Shown piece by piece: positions 12,951 through 40,000 of a DNA stretch of 64,000 bases. Made by a program: the position numbers and the translations under genes. Each line of letters opens with the position of its first letter. Position 1 is the stretch's first letter. A model generated the notes under the pieces. That model saw only the letters and a program-made list of their open reading frames with translations, searched no databases and was not told the DNA's origin. This DNA comes from Macrostomum lignano (Eukaryota). The stretch lies in the NCBI GenBank assembly GCA_002269645.1, contig NIVC01002275.1, positions 2,253 to 66,252 on the forward strand, given 5' to 3'.

Positions 12951-15900
12951 CGAGCCTTGTCGTGGGCTAAATATCGATAAATTACGCACATATTTGGTAC
13001 ACCACTAACTGATAATTAATAGCATTTTTCCTTTACGTTTGGCGTTTTGTTTTGCAGACCATGGTAACTGCATGAGAGGGTGCGCGATTTTTCTGTGTCA
13101 CTCGTGTTTTGTTGTTCTCTTTTCTATTGATCTGTGTATATTTTTCATAAATAGAATTCATTTTTTAGCTGCTAAGAGGCCTCTTTTAATGCCTTAGTAA
13201 TTCGTATTTTCAGTAGTTTTATTATTATTATTAAACCAACAAGACATATCTTGTCGCTTTATTCTATATATTATAATCTAACCTCTCTCGGTTATGCTGA
13301 TAGCTTTAAATATTCTGTAATCAGTTTTTTTTACTTCAAAGACTTTCATTTTCTTACCTTATTATTGTTGCTGTATTGATATATGAAACCGCCAACTGCA
13401 GACGGTAGCTATTAAGACCAGGGTGGAAATCATTGTTTTTTTATACAAAACGAAGCACCAATCGAAAATGCCTTGATTATAAACATATATATATATACAT
13501 ATATTATATATATGTCAATTGATGCCTTTGACTTACATTGTGAGTTTTGCATTCGCTTAGTTTATACCACACGGTCTTCTATTTTGCAGTTGCAAAAATT
13601 GATTATGTATTGGAATTGTGCACCAGCTAATTTTGTCTATCTCGATATTTGGCCTTCAAAAGTTTTTCTAACTATGCGCGCATGGTTAGCCAGCGTTTTT
13701 TTGTATTTTTCTGTGCCTATTTCTTGTAAATAGTTGATATTTTGCAAATTAAATACACAAAACACCCTCAGTGTTTATTACTATTACAATTTCATGTCTT
13801 GTGCACTTAAGGCGGATTGCCAAATTTAAAATATTCCTTGTTTGTTTCGTAGATAATTCCTTTTTTCGAACAAAAGACAGCGGCATGTTTCACGGTAGCT
13901 AGATTTTTTTGTTGATAATCTGAGTATCTGAGTACTAAGTCGGATTACTAAACTTTCGACGTTTCTAGATGTGCTTCTGGCACCATAAAGTTCCGGCAGA
14001 TTATTTAAAATGGAAACCTCATCTATGCCGGTATATCCTATCGAATGCGCGATACTTGTTATGGGTAGGCTGCCTGGGTTGAAACGCGATTGAAACGCTC
14101 TACATTTGTCCGCCGTCACTGTCTATGGTCAAAGCAAATCTGCTCACGACTGATTTAAGCATGGGTAAAATTGGATAACTTTTCGTCTCAGTATATTTCA
14201 CTGCGAGAGCAAACACAACATGAATGAAACACGAAATAAACGAAAGAATTCAGTAAATAACATGGTTGCAAACACCCTCTTGCAACTAACTATCCAACCT
14301 ACCCGTGGTTGGATAGTTCATCAATAGTTACCTCAAATACATGGTCGTAGTTTGAAACTGCAATCCACGACACATCTGTCTAGCGTGGTGTAATGTTGAA
14401 TGTGCTTGGATTGGACAATTCTGCGTCAATCAACTGCTGCTGTCTTACGCTCAGACCTGTCCACTGACTAACTTCTTCACCAGGATCACGATGTCCAAAT
14501 AAGTTGCTGCAGAAACGCAATCTCATTCATTTCTATACCGCTAATATCTTCCTCTAGTATTGATTCCCAGTGAAAAATGGCTAGTTACGAACCTTTAAAG
14601 CTGTTTAAATCTTATTTTTCTCTCGACCCACCCACCAGGAGAAGAATGCTTCAAACTCTATTTGGGTTTCAACCATAGACAGTCTCCGCGGACTGCGAAA
14701 CCGCCACTAAGCATATAGCTAAAGCTTTTTCAACCATAGACAGTTTCTGTGGACGTGAAACCGCGTTGTGCGTCCTCAACAGCCAGACTGATATTAATAT
14801 ATTATACGGTCTGTTATGCAGTCTAATTAAATATACTAAGTTTCCAATTTGTATTTTCTTCAAAAAATATATAATGACGTCACGCTAGAGGATTCTCTGA
14901 AATCAAAACTCAGCAAGGAAGTATACCACAACGGAAAGCCTTTTAAGTAGGATTCGGCAAATCAGTTCACAGTATAATTTTCATTTTAATTTTAATTTTA
15001 ATGTCAGGTTGTAGTTCAAAGCTTTTTCATCTTATTTAATTTTGAAATCCTCGACGGATTAAGTTACAACGTCGTTATTACGGATACACACGAAAACTAA
15101 GTAACATTTCAAATGTGAATAAAAACGCTTAATTCTATAATAATCGCGTGAATTATGCTTCGTCGCGTGAATTATGCTCAAGTTCGTGGCAGTGGCAGTG
15201 GCAGGCGGGGCCTAACTACAGTAGCGCAACCTGAATTTCTTTGTGGGGGGGGGGGCAGATTCTGGAGGGTAAGGCCAGGGGGGGCGAAAGGGGTGGCTCA
15301 AATCGCTTGGTTCCCCCTTTTGATTTTTTAGGTCCGTCCAAAGGTTGGGGGGCGGGCAACCTGTCGAACTTAACTGAGTTTGAATTGGCTCAATAGTCTC
15401 AACTCTGATCTGTTGAACTTGAATAATATCTGACTTTTCATTATTCAAATTAATAGTATGTTAACCTTACCTAACATTAACAATAAAATAAAACATTCTA
15501 GGTATATTTAAAAACTTTATAGAGGAATCATATGATCTTAATACAGCCTAGGCTAGGCCCTAATATAAAAGTTAATTTTTTTTGTCTTTACTTAAAGAAA
15601 GCTATTAATTAGTTTCAAGTTAAAGTTTATACAATATTAAAAATAAAAATAGTTAAACTTTAATAATAATTTGTTTATTATTTATTACATTAGGATTGGA
15701 GACTTAAGATTAGCCAATAAAATATTATATATTATTGATTGTGATTGTAATAAATTTGTATGTTTAATTTAATAAATATTTTTAGGAAAGAAATTTTGAA
15801 GGAACTAAGTATATAGTCCATTATTCTTAATATCTCCAAGGTCATACTAGGAAAAAAATTGTAGCAATAACACAAACACTGTGACAACAAGCAACAACAG

Positions 15901-16605
15901 GTTAAAGACTAGACAATAACCTCGTCAATTTATTTTTGATTTACTAAAATAAGTATGATTTGTTCAAGTCAGTAGTATTATGCAAAGTACAATTCCAAAT
16001 CTGCTTTGTTGTCTACTTTCTATTGGACTCTGATTTATTAACTTGCCATGATGGCAAGGTCCCAGGGTGATTTATTGTCAACCTGTTGTCAAATTATTGT
16101 TATTAGGGGCCTAGCCTGTTATCATTGCAAAATTTTCCTAGCAAGGTTAAATTTTTCAATGAATTTATTTTATAGATTTGAATCTTTTATAAAAATTCTT
16201 TAATGGGATATCAATTTAAAAAAATTCCCAAATTGATATAAAAAAGCTTTGCTAGGGGCCTCAAGTTGTAATTGAGGTTCAGCCATCTAAAAGGGCTGCT
16301 TGATGCTTAAGAGCTATTTGTTTTTTAGATTAGTTTTTGAATAGTTTGATTAGAATTGAATTTGGCTAACACTTGTTTGCTTCCATTTTTTTCTCCCAAA
16401 TTCAGAGAATAAATGTCTTCTAGGCTACTATTTGTAGTTTGATTTCACCTTAGACTTCTAGGTCTACTACTAAACTACTATATATAAGTAGTGTAGCAAA
16501 AACCACTTAGTGTAGCAAAATGCACACTTATAAAATTCTATTGTACAATTAAAAATTTTGAATACTCTAAAGTATATGAGACATTTGTCTTTCTATATTT
16601 TCTAG

Positions 16606-29139
<12,534 letters not shown>

Positions 29140-29309
29140 TTAATCTATGTAAACTAATTAAATTATAAATTTAATTGACAATTAGATATTGCCGATGCAT
29201 CTAATTTACGAGCTGATAGGCCGCACAATTGCTTGTTGTCAGTGTGCAATTACAAAGTTTTTAGCTATTTATAAGTATACAAAGTTACTATGATTATTAT
29301 TTTCGTTGC

Positions 29310-29322
29310 AATAAATTTTATT
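29310..29322. promoter_or_regulatory. Back-to-back poly(A) signals AATAAA-T-TTTATT between convergent AHCYL and LAMTOR3
   Basis: AATAAA on + at 29310-29315 and on - at 29322-29317; usage unverified. Confidence 0.4.
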
Positions 29323-30087
29323 GGCAGTATATTAATTTCAGCTACTATTAGTAGGGAAATAGTTTTTTAAGTTAAAAATTTTTATTGTTTTTTCTTCGTG
29401 TTTTTCAACCGTTGCACATATCGATGCCAGTTTTTTCCGCAGCTTTTAGATATTGAAATTTAATTATAATAAAATCCCCCATTCCGTGCAATATTGCTTC
29501 ACCGTTATTATATTATAGAATTATGTGATTAATAATAATTATTAAAAAATCATAACCTCCTTAAAATCGCCCACGCCACTTCTTTCATCACAGAAGCTGA
29601 CATTTAATATATTTTCATCTGTTCACTTTTTTTCGCTGACTAATCAAGAGAATTTGAATGAACGTTTGTTAGTTTTCTTAGTGCAAGAGTGTTCTTTGTA
29701 AAAAGAAATTTTAAAATGCAGGTTTCTAAAAGCAAACGCAGCTTTTATGATGTTTGGTGTAATAGTGTGCACGTAGCATTAGTGTAATAATGCATAATGA
29801 AATATATTTGAAATATGATATTTAAAATTGACCGACAAATATGGATTGATAAAATCTGCATAATTAACGCCTTTTCCGTTAATTTTCATTGTTTTAAATC
29901 GATCTGACCAAGTGCCTACTAACAGTAGGCCAATAAGTGCAAAATCAAAATGAGCCCCGAAAAGGGCCGTTTTTTAATACTGCTATGGGTAAGCATTTAT
30001 CAATCAAGCTTGGCCAAAATCGGAAAAAATCAATTTCCAATAAAGAATGTTGGCAATAATCTCAGGATTAAGAAAGACTCGTTTTTC

Positions 30088-32368
30088 TCAGGCTTGCACT
30101 GAGCTGTCGCTCAGGTCAGTTGGAATGACTGTCTGCAGGCGGGCCACTTGCTCTGCGAATGCTTTGTCGCTAAGCAGGCTGCTGGCCAGGCCGATGTTGC
30201 AGCCGGGCCGCCCCACCACCGTCACCACCAGCGGCTGGCAGCTCATCTGCACTACCTGACAGGTGGGGCGAGGGCAGTCGCTAAATTATACAGCATTCAC
30301 AAACATGCCCGATTCACACCTCCGGTACATGTATATATCAGCTATATATCAGCATTCACACGAACCAATCAGCTGCATTCACACAAACCAATCAGCTACA
30401 TTCACACAAATAAACCAGCTGCATTAACAGATCTAATCAGCTACATTCACACAAACCAATCAGCTACATTCACAAATCTAATCAGATACATTCACAATAA
30501 AATCATCTGCATTCACATAGATCTAATCAGCTATATTCACACAAATCTAATCAGCTACATTCACACAAACCAATCAGCTACATTCACACTAATCAATCAG
30601 CTGCATTAACAGATCTAATCAGCTACATTCACACAAACCAATCAGCTACATTCACAAATCTAATTAGATACATTCACAATAAAATCAGCTGCATTCACAT
30701 AGATCTAATCAGCTATATTCACACATCTAATCAGCTACATTCACAAAAATGTAATCAGATAAATTCACACAAATCTAATCAGATACATTCACACAAATCT
30801 AATCAGCTGCATTGACACAAACCAATCAGCTGCATTCACACAAATCCAATCAGCTGCATTCACACAAACGAATCAGCTACATTTACACAAATCTAATCAG
30901 ATACATTCACACAAATCTAATCAGCTACATTCACACAGATCTAATCAGCTACATTCACACAGATCTAATCAGCTACATTCACACAGATCTAATCAGCTAC
31001 ATTCACACAAACCAATCAGCTATATTCACACTAAAATCATCTGCATTCACATAGATCTAATCAGCTATATTCACACAAATCTAATCAGCTACATTCACAC
31101 AAAACAATCAGCTACATTCACACAAATCAATCAGCTGCATTAACAGATCTAATCAGCTACATTCACACAAACCAATCAGCTACATTCACAAATCTAATTA
31201 GATACATTCACAATAAAATCAGCTGCATTCACATAGATCTAATCAGCTATATTCACACAAATCTAATCAGCTACATTCACAAAAATGTAATCAGATAAAT
31301 TCACACAAATCTAATCAGATACATTCACACAAATCTAATCAGCTGCATTGACACAAACCAATCAGCTGCATTCACACAAATCCAATCAGCTGCATTCACA
31401 CAAACGAATCAGCTACATTCACACAAATCTAATCACATACATTCACACAAATCTAATCAGCTACATTCACACAGATCTAATCAGCTACATTCACACAAAC
31501 CAATCAGCTATATTCACAAATATAATCAGATACATTCACAATAAAATCAGCTGTATTCACATAGATCTAATCAGCTATATTCACACAAATCTAATCAGCT
31601 ACATTCACAAAAATCTAATCAGATAAATTCACACAAATCTAATCAGATACATTCACACAAATCCAATCAGCTGCATTCACACAAACGAATCAGCTACATT
31701 CACACAGATCTAATCAGCTATATTCACACAAATCTAATCAGCTACATTCACACAGATCTAATCAGCTACATTCACACAGATCTAATCAGCTACATTCACA
31801 CCGATCCAATCAGCTAAATTCACACAAAACAATCAGCTACATTCACACATCTAATCAGCTACATCCACACAAATCTAAGCAGTTACATTCACACAAATCT
31901 AATCAGCTACATTCACACAAACCAATCAGCTACATTCACACAAATCTAATCAGATACATTCACACAAATCTAATCAGATACATTCACACAAATCTAATCA
32001 GCTGCATTCACACAAATCCAATCAGCTACATTCACAAATCTAATCAGCTGCATTCACACAAATCCAATCAGCTACATTCACACAAACCAATCAGCTGCAT
32101 TCACAAGAGTCCCTGTGCGAGCTCACGGTCATCTGATTGAACTGGCAGATGGCGCAGTCTAGGGCTCCCAAGCCAGCCCTGTTCGCGTGATCCCGGCCTG
32201 ACAGAAGCTGGGCACCAGGCCTCGCTTCACCACTAGATCCACCGTCCAGTGCCGCTCAGGCAAAGCGGCACTGATCAAAGGCACGCTGCAGCGATCCGAC
32301 AACAATATGGCGTCAATACCGTCCAAGCTTGATAGATAGCTTTCAAAGAAACGCCGTAAGGCATCCAT
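30088..32368 (-). CDS. LAMTOR3: Ragulator subunit LAMTOR3/MP1-like, ~136 aa if a 1-nt frameshift near 32192 is corrected. Exons 32368-32127 and 30255-30088
   Basis: MDALRRFFESYLSSLDGIDAILLSDRCSVPLI resembles LAMTOR3 MADDLKRFLYKKLPSVEGLHAIVVSDRDGVPVI. After a frame change the sequence reads DHANRAGLGALDCAICQFNQMT, then a GTGAGC donor, then exon 2 VVQMSCQPLVVTVVGRPGCNIG, which resembles QVVQFNRLPLVVSFIASSSANTG. Exon 1 is 242 nt, one short of a phase-0 junction. Confidence 0.82.
30340..32103. repeat. ~24-bp minisatellite (AATCTAATCAGCTACATTCACACA) with higher-order blocks (~180 and ~535 bp offsets)
   Basis: Fills the LAMTOR3 intron; near-identical translations of ORFs 30812 and 31348 show the 536-bp duplication. 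Confidence 0.93.
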
Positions 32369-32984
32369 CACACTAGGCAAGCTTGACGCGCATGCAAATA
32401 GAGAAAACCGATATGGCGCGTTATTAAATTTCGATCATAATGTCCAAAGAATTCTACTGTTTGACTATTCAGTAGTATCATAGGCGTAGAGTATGTTTAA
32501 ATTTAGTTAGATACGAAAATTGAAATCTCGATTAACTGTTACATCAATGGAATCGTTGAGTGCTTTTTAATTCTATATTTAAGGCAGTTGAAGAAAACAA
32601 ATTAAATTCGCATTTATTGATCTGAACAAGGCGAGAGAAAAACAGCAATTATTGATATAAAAACAGGAAATAATATGTATGAGCGAGTCTCACCGTGAAA
32701 TATGTCTTCGAAAGAATTAAAGGTCACAGCTATTCATTTTTTCAAATAAAATACAAAATTGAACCACAGTGCAGTTGAACCACACGGAAGTGGAATTTAT
32801 GAGAATTTCGACTATAAAAAAACATTAGATAAAAAATTCCACGTTCTTCGATTCAGTCGTTACCATGTGCAAATATTCTTTTAGATCTGATATGAATGTG
32901 CTTGCCAAAATAGACTCAGAGCACTCGAATGTTTCTAGGTCGCGAAAAAAAAAATATACGTTTAAAAATAAACAAATGGAACTT

Positions 32985-33450
32985 GAGTGTACATTCGGGG
33001 GAAGGAATTGATAGGAGCTTGGGTGTACATTCGGGGGAAGGAATTGCTGGACTTGAGTGTACATTCGGGGGAAGGAATTGATAGGAATGGGTGTACATTC
33101 GGGGGAAGGAATTGATAGGAGCTTGGGTGTACATTCGGGGGAAGGAATTGATAGGAGCTTGAATGTACATTCGGGGGAAGGAATTGATAGGAGCTTGAAT
33201 GTACATTCGGGGGAAGGAATTGATAGGAGCTTGAATGTACATTCGGGGAAGGAATTGATAGGAGCTTGGGTGTACATTCGGGGGAAGAAATTGATAGGAG
33301 CTTCGGGTGTACATTCGGGGGAAGGAATTGATAGGAGCTTGAATGTACATTCGGGGGAAGGAATTGATAGGAGCTTGGGTGTACATTCGGGGGAAGGAAT
33401 TGATAGGAGCTTGGGTGTACATTCGGGGGAAGGAATTGATGAGCTTGAAT
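32985..33450. repeat. 36-bp intergenic minisatellite (TGTACATTCGGGGGAAGGAATTGATAGGAGCTTGAA)
   Basis: 12-aa periodic ORFs on both strands. Confidence 0.93.
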
Positions 33451-34041
33451 GTACTTTTGGGAATAGGAATTGTTGGGCGCTTGTGCGCTTTCCTATTTTC
33501 TGAATCTAATCAGAGAAAAAAACTAAAAAAATCAAAACAATAATGAATAAAACGATAATTGTAAACTTCGATAGGCTATGTATGAAAAAAATAATATAAT
33601 GATATTCGCTAGAATAGTAGCGAAAACATATGATAGAGATTAATAATTATACACATTACACTACTAACATGAAATCCACTGGAGGAAAAAACAGAAGTGA
33701 AGAAGTTGGAAAGCCATTTAATTATAGACAAATGTACGAGCTATCATAATTTTTTTCACCAACTAAAATGCAGTTTTTTTTAAATTGCACTTTTTAAATT
33801 GTTTTTGGACAGAAAGCATAAAATATCATAAATATTAAGCTATATTAGTTTACCCGTAAGTTAGCTTTACACTACAGTTATAATAAATCTATTTCCCAAT
33901 GAGATCCTTCCCCAATCCCCTTCCTAATATATCGTCAGCGACAAAAAATATTTTGTAATGCTAAGCTGTCAAAATGTCAATAAAGGTCAAATTGTCACTG
34001 ACAACAACAACAATAACAAAGTCACTGCCAGAGAATCAATA

Positions 34042-37000
34042 CTAGATAGCCGAGTCAACATCAATGCCATTCAAATAGACTTCTTCTGGATCGTTCGATG
34101 GCACTTTGCTGTACTGCACACCGCGATGACTGAATGCCGAGCTGGACGACGATGCCGCAGATGCCGTCGCCGCCGCCGTTGCTGAAGATCCCGAGCCGCC
34201 GACAATCACTGGCAGAGCTGGCAGGCCGCGTTCATCGCGAAAGAGGCAACGGCTGCGAAGAAGAAGCGCGGCCAGAGCAGCCAGGATGCACACCAGTGCC
34301 AGCACTGTCCAATGCGAGTGTTATGGACAAGCATTAGGCATTGATTGAGACCCAATCAGCCTCACTTTCAGTGCCCAATCAGCCTCACTTTCAGTGCCCA
34401 ATCAGCCTCACTTTCAGTGCCCAATCAGCCTCACTTTCAGTGCCCAATCAGCCTCACTTTCAGTGCCCAATCAGCCTCACTTTCAGTGCCCAATCAGCCT
34501 CACTTTCAGTGCCCAATCAGCCTCACTTTCAGTGCCCAATCAGCCTCACTTTCAGTGCCCAATCAGCCTCACTTTCAGTGCCCAATCAGCCTCTTTCAGT
34601 GCCCAATCAGCCTCACTTTCAGTGCCCAATCAGCCTCACTTTCAGTGCCCAATCAGCCTCACTTTCAGTGCCTAATCAGCCTCTTTCAGTGCCCAATCAG
34701 CCTCTTTCAGTGCCCAATCAGCCTCTTTCAGTGTCCAATCAGCCTCACTTTCAGTGCCCAATCAGCCTCAATTTCAGCGCCCATTTAGCCTCAATTTCAG
34801 TGCCCATTCAGCCTCACTTTCAGTGCCCAACTAGCGCCTTAATGTCAGTGCCGAATTAGCGTCACTTACCAACAAGCGTGACAACCGCAGCAGTGGCAGC
34901 AATATCCCTATTAACCGAGTGATCAGTGCCACTGGGATGCAAATAGAACTGAGCCAAATCCAAGCTAGCAATAGCCAGAGCAGCTTGGCTAACACGATAG
35001 ATATCAGTATGATTAACGTAGCCAGCAGCTGCTAATCGGAGGGAATAGACACCGGGAGACAATAGAAAATAGAATTCGCCATTCGGATTAGTCAGCCGAC
35101 TGTATGGCACCCCATCGATGCTCACGCTGGCTGCAACAATCGGCTTGCCATCTCTCGAATCAGTCAGCCGACCTCGGATGCCAATAAGTAGCTGAAAAGT
35201 TTGTTTATATTTTGTTTTATTTAAAAAAATGACAAAATACTTGTTAGCGTTTTTGCTACGAGTACGCTACTTATATAGTAGCGCGTAAAGGATGTTCCGA
35301 GTATTTTAAGGATAGAACAGTTAAAAATTATAAAAAAATTTATGTAAGTACAATGTGACTCAAAAGTACCTGGAAACTAGGATTACAAATTAAGGAATTA
35401 AGTGATTATAACACTTAAATAATAGAATCACTAATTAAGGAATTAACACCTGAATAATAGGATCACTAATAAAGGAATTAACACCTGAATAATACATAGG
35501 ATCAATAATTAAGGGATTAACACCTGAATAATAGAATCACTAATTAAGGGATTAACACCTGAATAATAGGATCACTAATTAAGGGATTAACACCCGAATA
35601 ATAGGATCACTAATAAGGGATTAACACCTGAATAATAGAATCACTAATTAAGGGATTAACATCTGAATAATAGGATCGCTAATTAATGTAATAACACCTA
35701 AATAATAAAAATCACTAATTAAGGGATTAACATCTGAATAGGATCGCTAATTAATTTATTAACACCTAAATAATAAAAATCACTAATTAAGGTATTAACA
35801 CCTGAATAATAGGATCGCTAATTAAGGGATTATTACACAGATAATGAGACCGCTAACAAAGGAATAATTCAATTGAACTCAACTACTCCAGGAGATTACT
35901 ACCACCCTAACACGCATACGCGAATCATACTACTTACAGCGGCAGACAGAGAGTGCAACAAAGCGTCGGAATTAGCCGCCCACGCAATCATAGACGAAGA
36001 GTCCGCAGATTTGCAACAGTTGGGCGCCGCAGCGGCCAATTGTAAATCTAATCCAGTCTGATTTAATCTCACGCCTAAGCAGCGCAGAATTGGCGCCGAT
36101 TCTGTAGTACAAGCGGCGCCAGGCGCCAATGGAGGCCGACTTGAGCTGGACAATCGATGACACCGATCAATAGTATACCGTCTGGCAGATACGGGCAGTC
36201 TCGTATTGACTGACTCCGCCATAGCAACAGCGTTAGAAGCATCGGGACCGGCCATAACCACAGCAATTCTAACATCATCCTTGGCATTGTTATAATCGGC
36301 AGCTTGGAATATTTGCATCGACTCGGGATTGGAATTCTTATTAGTACTATTATTAGTAGTATCGCTGCAAGCTGGTGCGGATTTAGTAACAATCAAACGC
36401 AGCCGATCCAAACCCGCGGCCAATTCGTTCAGACGAAAATCTCGGCCACTATCGGCTTGGCGACACAGCTGCACTGCGAGGCCTAACAGAAGGCGAGGGT
36501 GCGACTGGGTTGCCAGGGTAGCTCGGGGCCTACTGGCTGCAGAGTCTGCTTCTGCTGCTGCTATACCGCTGCTGCTGTTCGAGTTGAAGAAGTCCAAACG
36601 GAACTGGGACTGATCTGGGAAGCTGGCAAGAGTGGGATGCATGACTTGGTTCAGGGGCGATTCTTCAGGTAGGGTTCAGGTGTGATTCTTCAGGTAGGGT
36701 TCAGGTTTTCTAAAAAGCACTTTTAAAGGCTGTACGCATTTGTCCCAGCTGAACTGCACACTGCGATCAGTGCAATTGAGTAAACAAAGAGGAACAAAGA
36801 CTCGTAAATAATTTCGTCATGTTATGACTGCTGCAAGCACGAGAAGAACACAGCTTCTGGAGCTGATGCGCTTGTTTAGCTTTTGCAGCAGCTTCGAGCA
36901 TGACAGATTAGTGACATGATCAATGATTTATTGCGCTTCTTGAAGGCGATTTAGTGCGGCTATTAAATGGCCAGGGGGCCAATTATGGAGGTCAATTAGA

Positions 37001-40000
37001 GAAGGGGTCAATTAGAGAGGGGGTCAGTTAGGGAAGTCAATTAGGGACGGTTAACTAGAGGGGTCAATTACTTCATAGAAAGTGTAGATTGATTGGGGGT
37101 CAATAAGGGATGATAAAAGGTAAACTAGGGACAGTTCGATAAGGGAGGTGGTTAATTAGAGGGTGTCAATTAGAGGGGTCAATTAGGGGTCAATTAAGGA
37201 GAGGGCCAATTAGAGGGGTCTCGATTGGGGAGGGGTAAATTAGAAAGGAAGGGGTCAATTAGAGAGGGAGGGTCAATTAGAGAGGGAGGGGTCAATTAGA
37301 GAGGGATCGATTAGAGGGGGTCAATTAGGAAGGGGTGGCTCGTATAGTTAGGCGTCAACTAGGATTTAGTGAAGAGAACACACAACTCACAAATCAAAAT
37401 GAACTCGCATCGAACAGTGCCCAGTTCCAAATAGATTTTGCAATTTTGCCATCGTCTCAGATCGACTACCAGATTGAGCCAGCAGGTCATTCAACAACGC
37501 CTCAGTCACTTCGTCCATGGAAGTCGACAGTCCGCCTTGTTGCAGTCGAAACTCCAATATTGACGCCGGAACCGACTCTCGAGAATAGGACGACAAAGAA
37601 TTACAAGCGTAGCCTTTAGAGCAGGCTGTGAGGACAGAGTGGGAGCTACGATTGGCTAATACGCAGAATCTACCAGCAGCTGCCAGACTGGCAGAGGCTG
37701 ATGAATACACCAGCCTGTTGGATGGTGTCTGGTCGACACCGAGCCACATGGTGACAGAGTTGCTACCGGCTGATGATGCTGCTGTTGTTGCCAGGGGAAT
37801 TGGAGAGCCAGTTTTCGCGTCGAGAATTCGACCGCATGCCACTGGGGAGTGGGGGTTTGGAAAACAGGATTAATAGCAGAGATTGAGAAAACCATCAATT
37901 CGTTCACATGCTACAATTTTAGCTTTCAAGGCACGGACTCAAACTTTTATACAAGTTGTCAAGATAATGAAACTGAGGAGGCTGGCCCAGCAACTGAGGA
38001 TCTAAAAGTCTGGCCCAGAAATTGAGGATCTGGGAGGCTGGCCCAGCAGCTGACACTCTGGGAGGCTGGCCCAGCAACTGACACTGGGAGGCTAGCCCAG
38101 CAATTGAGATCTGAGAGGCTGGCCCAGCAACTGACACTCTGGGAGGCTGGCCCAGCAATTGAGATCTGGGAGGCTGGCCCAGCAATTGAGGATCTGGGAG
38201 GCTGGCCCAGCAACTGACACTGGGAGGCTAGCCCAGCAATTGAGATCTGAGAGGCTGGCCCAGCAACTGACACTCTGGGAGGCTGGCCCAGCAATTGAGA
38301 TCTGGGAGGCTGGCCCAGCAATTGAGGATCTGGGAGGCTGGCCCAGCAACTGACACTGGGAGGCTGGCCCAGCAACTGACACTGGGAGGCTGGCCCAGCA
38401 ACTGACACTGGGAGGCTGGCCCAGCAGCAGACACTCTGGGAGGCTGGCACAGCAACTAAGTAATTTGATGCACTATTTATATTAAGTAGTATGCTAGACT
38501 TATTATTGTATTTATAAAGGGTCAGTGGATTACCGTATCGCTTGTAGAAGTTGGTCAGAACATTTAACAGTGCCAGCTGATTGTCTCTGTACAGGCCGGG
38601 CAGACTACCAGCAGCCGGTGTAGAACAGCTGTTTAATCGGAGCGACATCTGCGAAAAATTTATTGTGCAATTCAATTAATAAATATAATTTTACTGAGGA
38701 CTGCATTGAGGATCTGGGATCACAGAATTACATTGAGGATCTGTGGGACTCTATTGAGGATCTTGGGATTTTATTGGGGATCTGGGGATTCTATTGAGAT
38801 CTGGGGATTCTATTGAGATCTGGGGATTCTATTGAGATCTGGGGATTCTATTGGGGATCTGGTGATTCTATTGAGATCTGGGGATTCTATTGAGATCTGG
38901 GGATTCTATTGAGGATCTGGGGATTCTATTGAGATCTGGGGATTCTATTGAGATCTGGGGATTCTATTGAGATCTGGGGACTCTATTGAGGATCTGGGGA
39001 TTCTATTGAGGATCTGGGATTCTATTGAGGATCTGGGGATTCAATTGAGGATCTGGGGATTCAATTGAGGATCTGGGGATCTATTGAGGATCTGGGGATT
39101 CTATTGAGGATCTGGGGATTCTATTGAGGATCTGGGATTCTATTGAGGATCTGGGGATTCTATTGAGGATCTGGGGATTCTATTGAGGATCTGGGATTCT
39201 ATTGAGGATCTGGGGATTCTATTGAGGATCTGGGATTCTATTGAGGATCTGGGATTCTATTGAGGATCTGGGGATTCTATTGAGGATCTGGGGATTCTAT
39301 TGAGGATCTGGGATCTGGGGATTCTATTGAGGATCTGGGATCTGGGGATTCTATTGAGGATCTGGGGATTCTATTGAGGATCTGGGATCTGGGGATTCTA
39401 TTGAGGATTTGGGATCTGGAGATTCTATTGACGATCTGGGATCTGGAGATTCTATGGAGATCTGGGATCTGGGGATTCTATCGAGGATTTGGGATCTGGG
39501 GATTCTATTGACGATCTGGGATCTGGAGATTCTATTGAGATCTGGGATCTGGGGATTCTATTGAGAGCTAAAAAGGTGAAGTGTAGAGCTCACAGACGCA
39601 GCGCCAAGACTATTCTGAAAGTGGTTCAACAACTGCAGCTCTCTAGAGTCGCCACCGCCTCCAACCGTGACCGCAGAGTCAGCAATCGGTCTAACCAAAG
39701 CTCCATCAACCAGCTTGCTGGAGATGAAGTGCTTAGCCAAAGATTTAACCAATCTAACAACAGTGCTCAAATTCTGCGATAGATCAGTCGATGCCAATCT
39801 TGCAATACTCGAGTCGTTAGTGAACCCAGTCCGAAGCGCCATAAATAGTACTGGCGAAGTCAATTGCTCAGTAGAGTTTTGCATGACAGACACTAGCGAT
39901 TCCACAGCTGTAGCGGAGCTCAACAACTCAGTGTTAGAGCAATCAGCTGATGATCCATTGGTGATTGACAGTTTAGTAGAATTATTACTGCTACTGAATA

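Noticed and set aside
14288-14318. 12-bp perfect hairpin AACTATCCAACC/GGTTGGATAGTT as a Helitron 3' end or terminator
   Set aside because: No CTRR terminus at the expected distance; rho-independent terminators are not relevant in this eukaryotic context.
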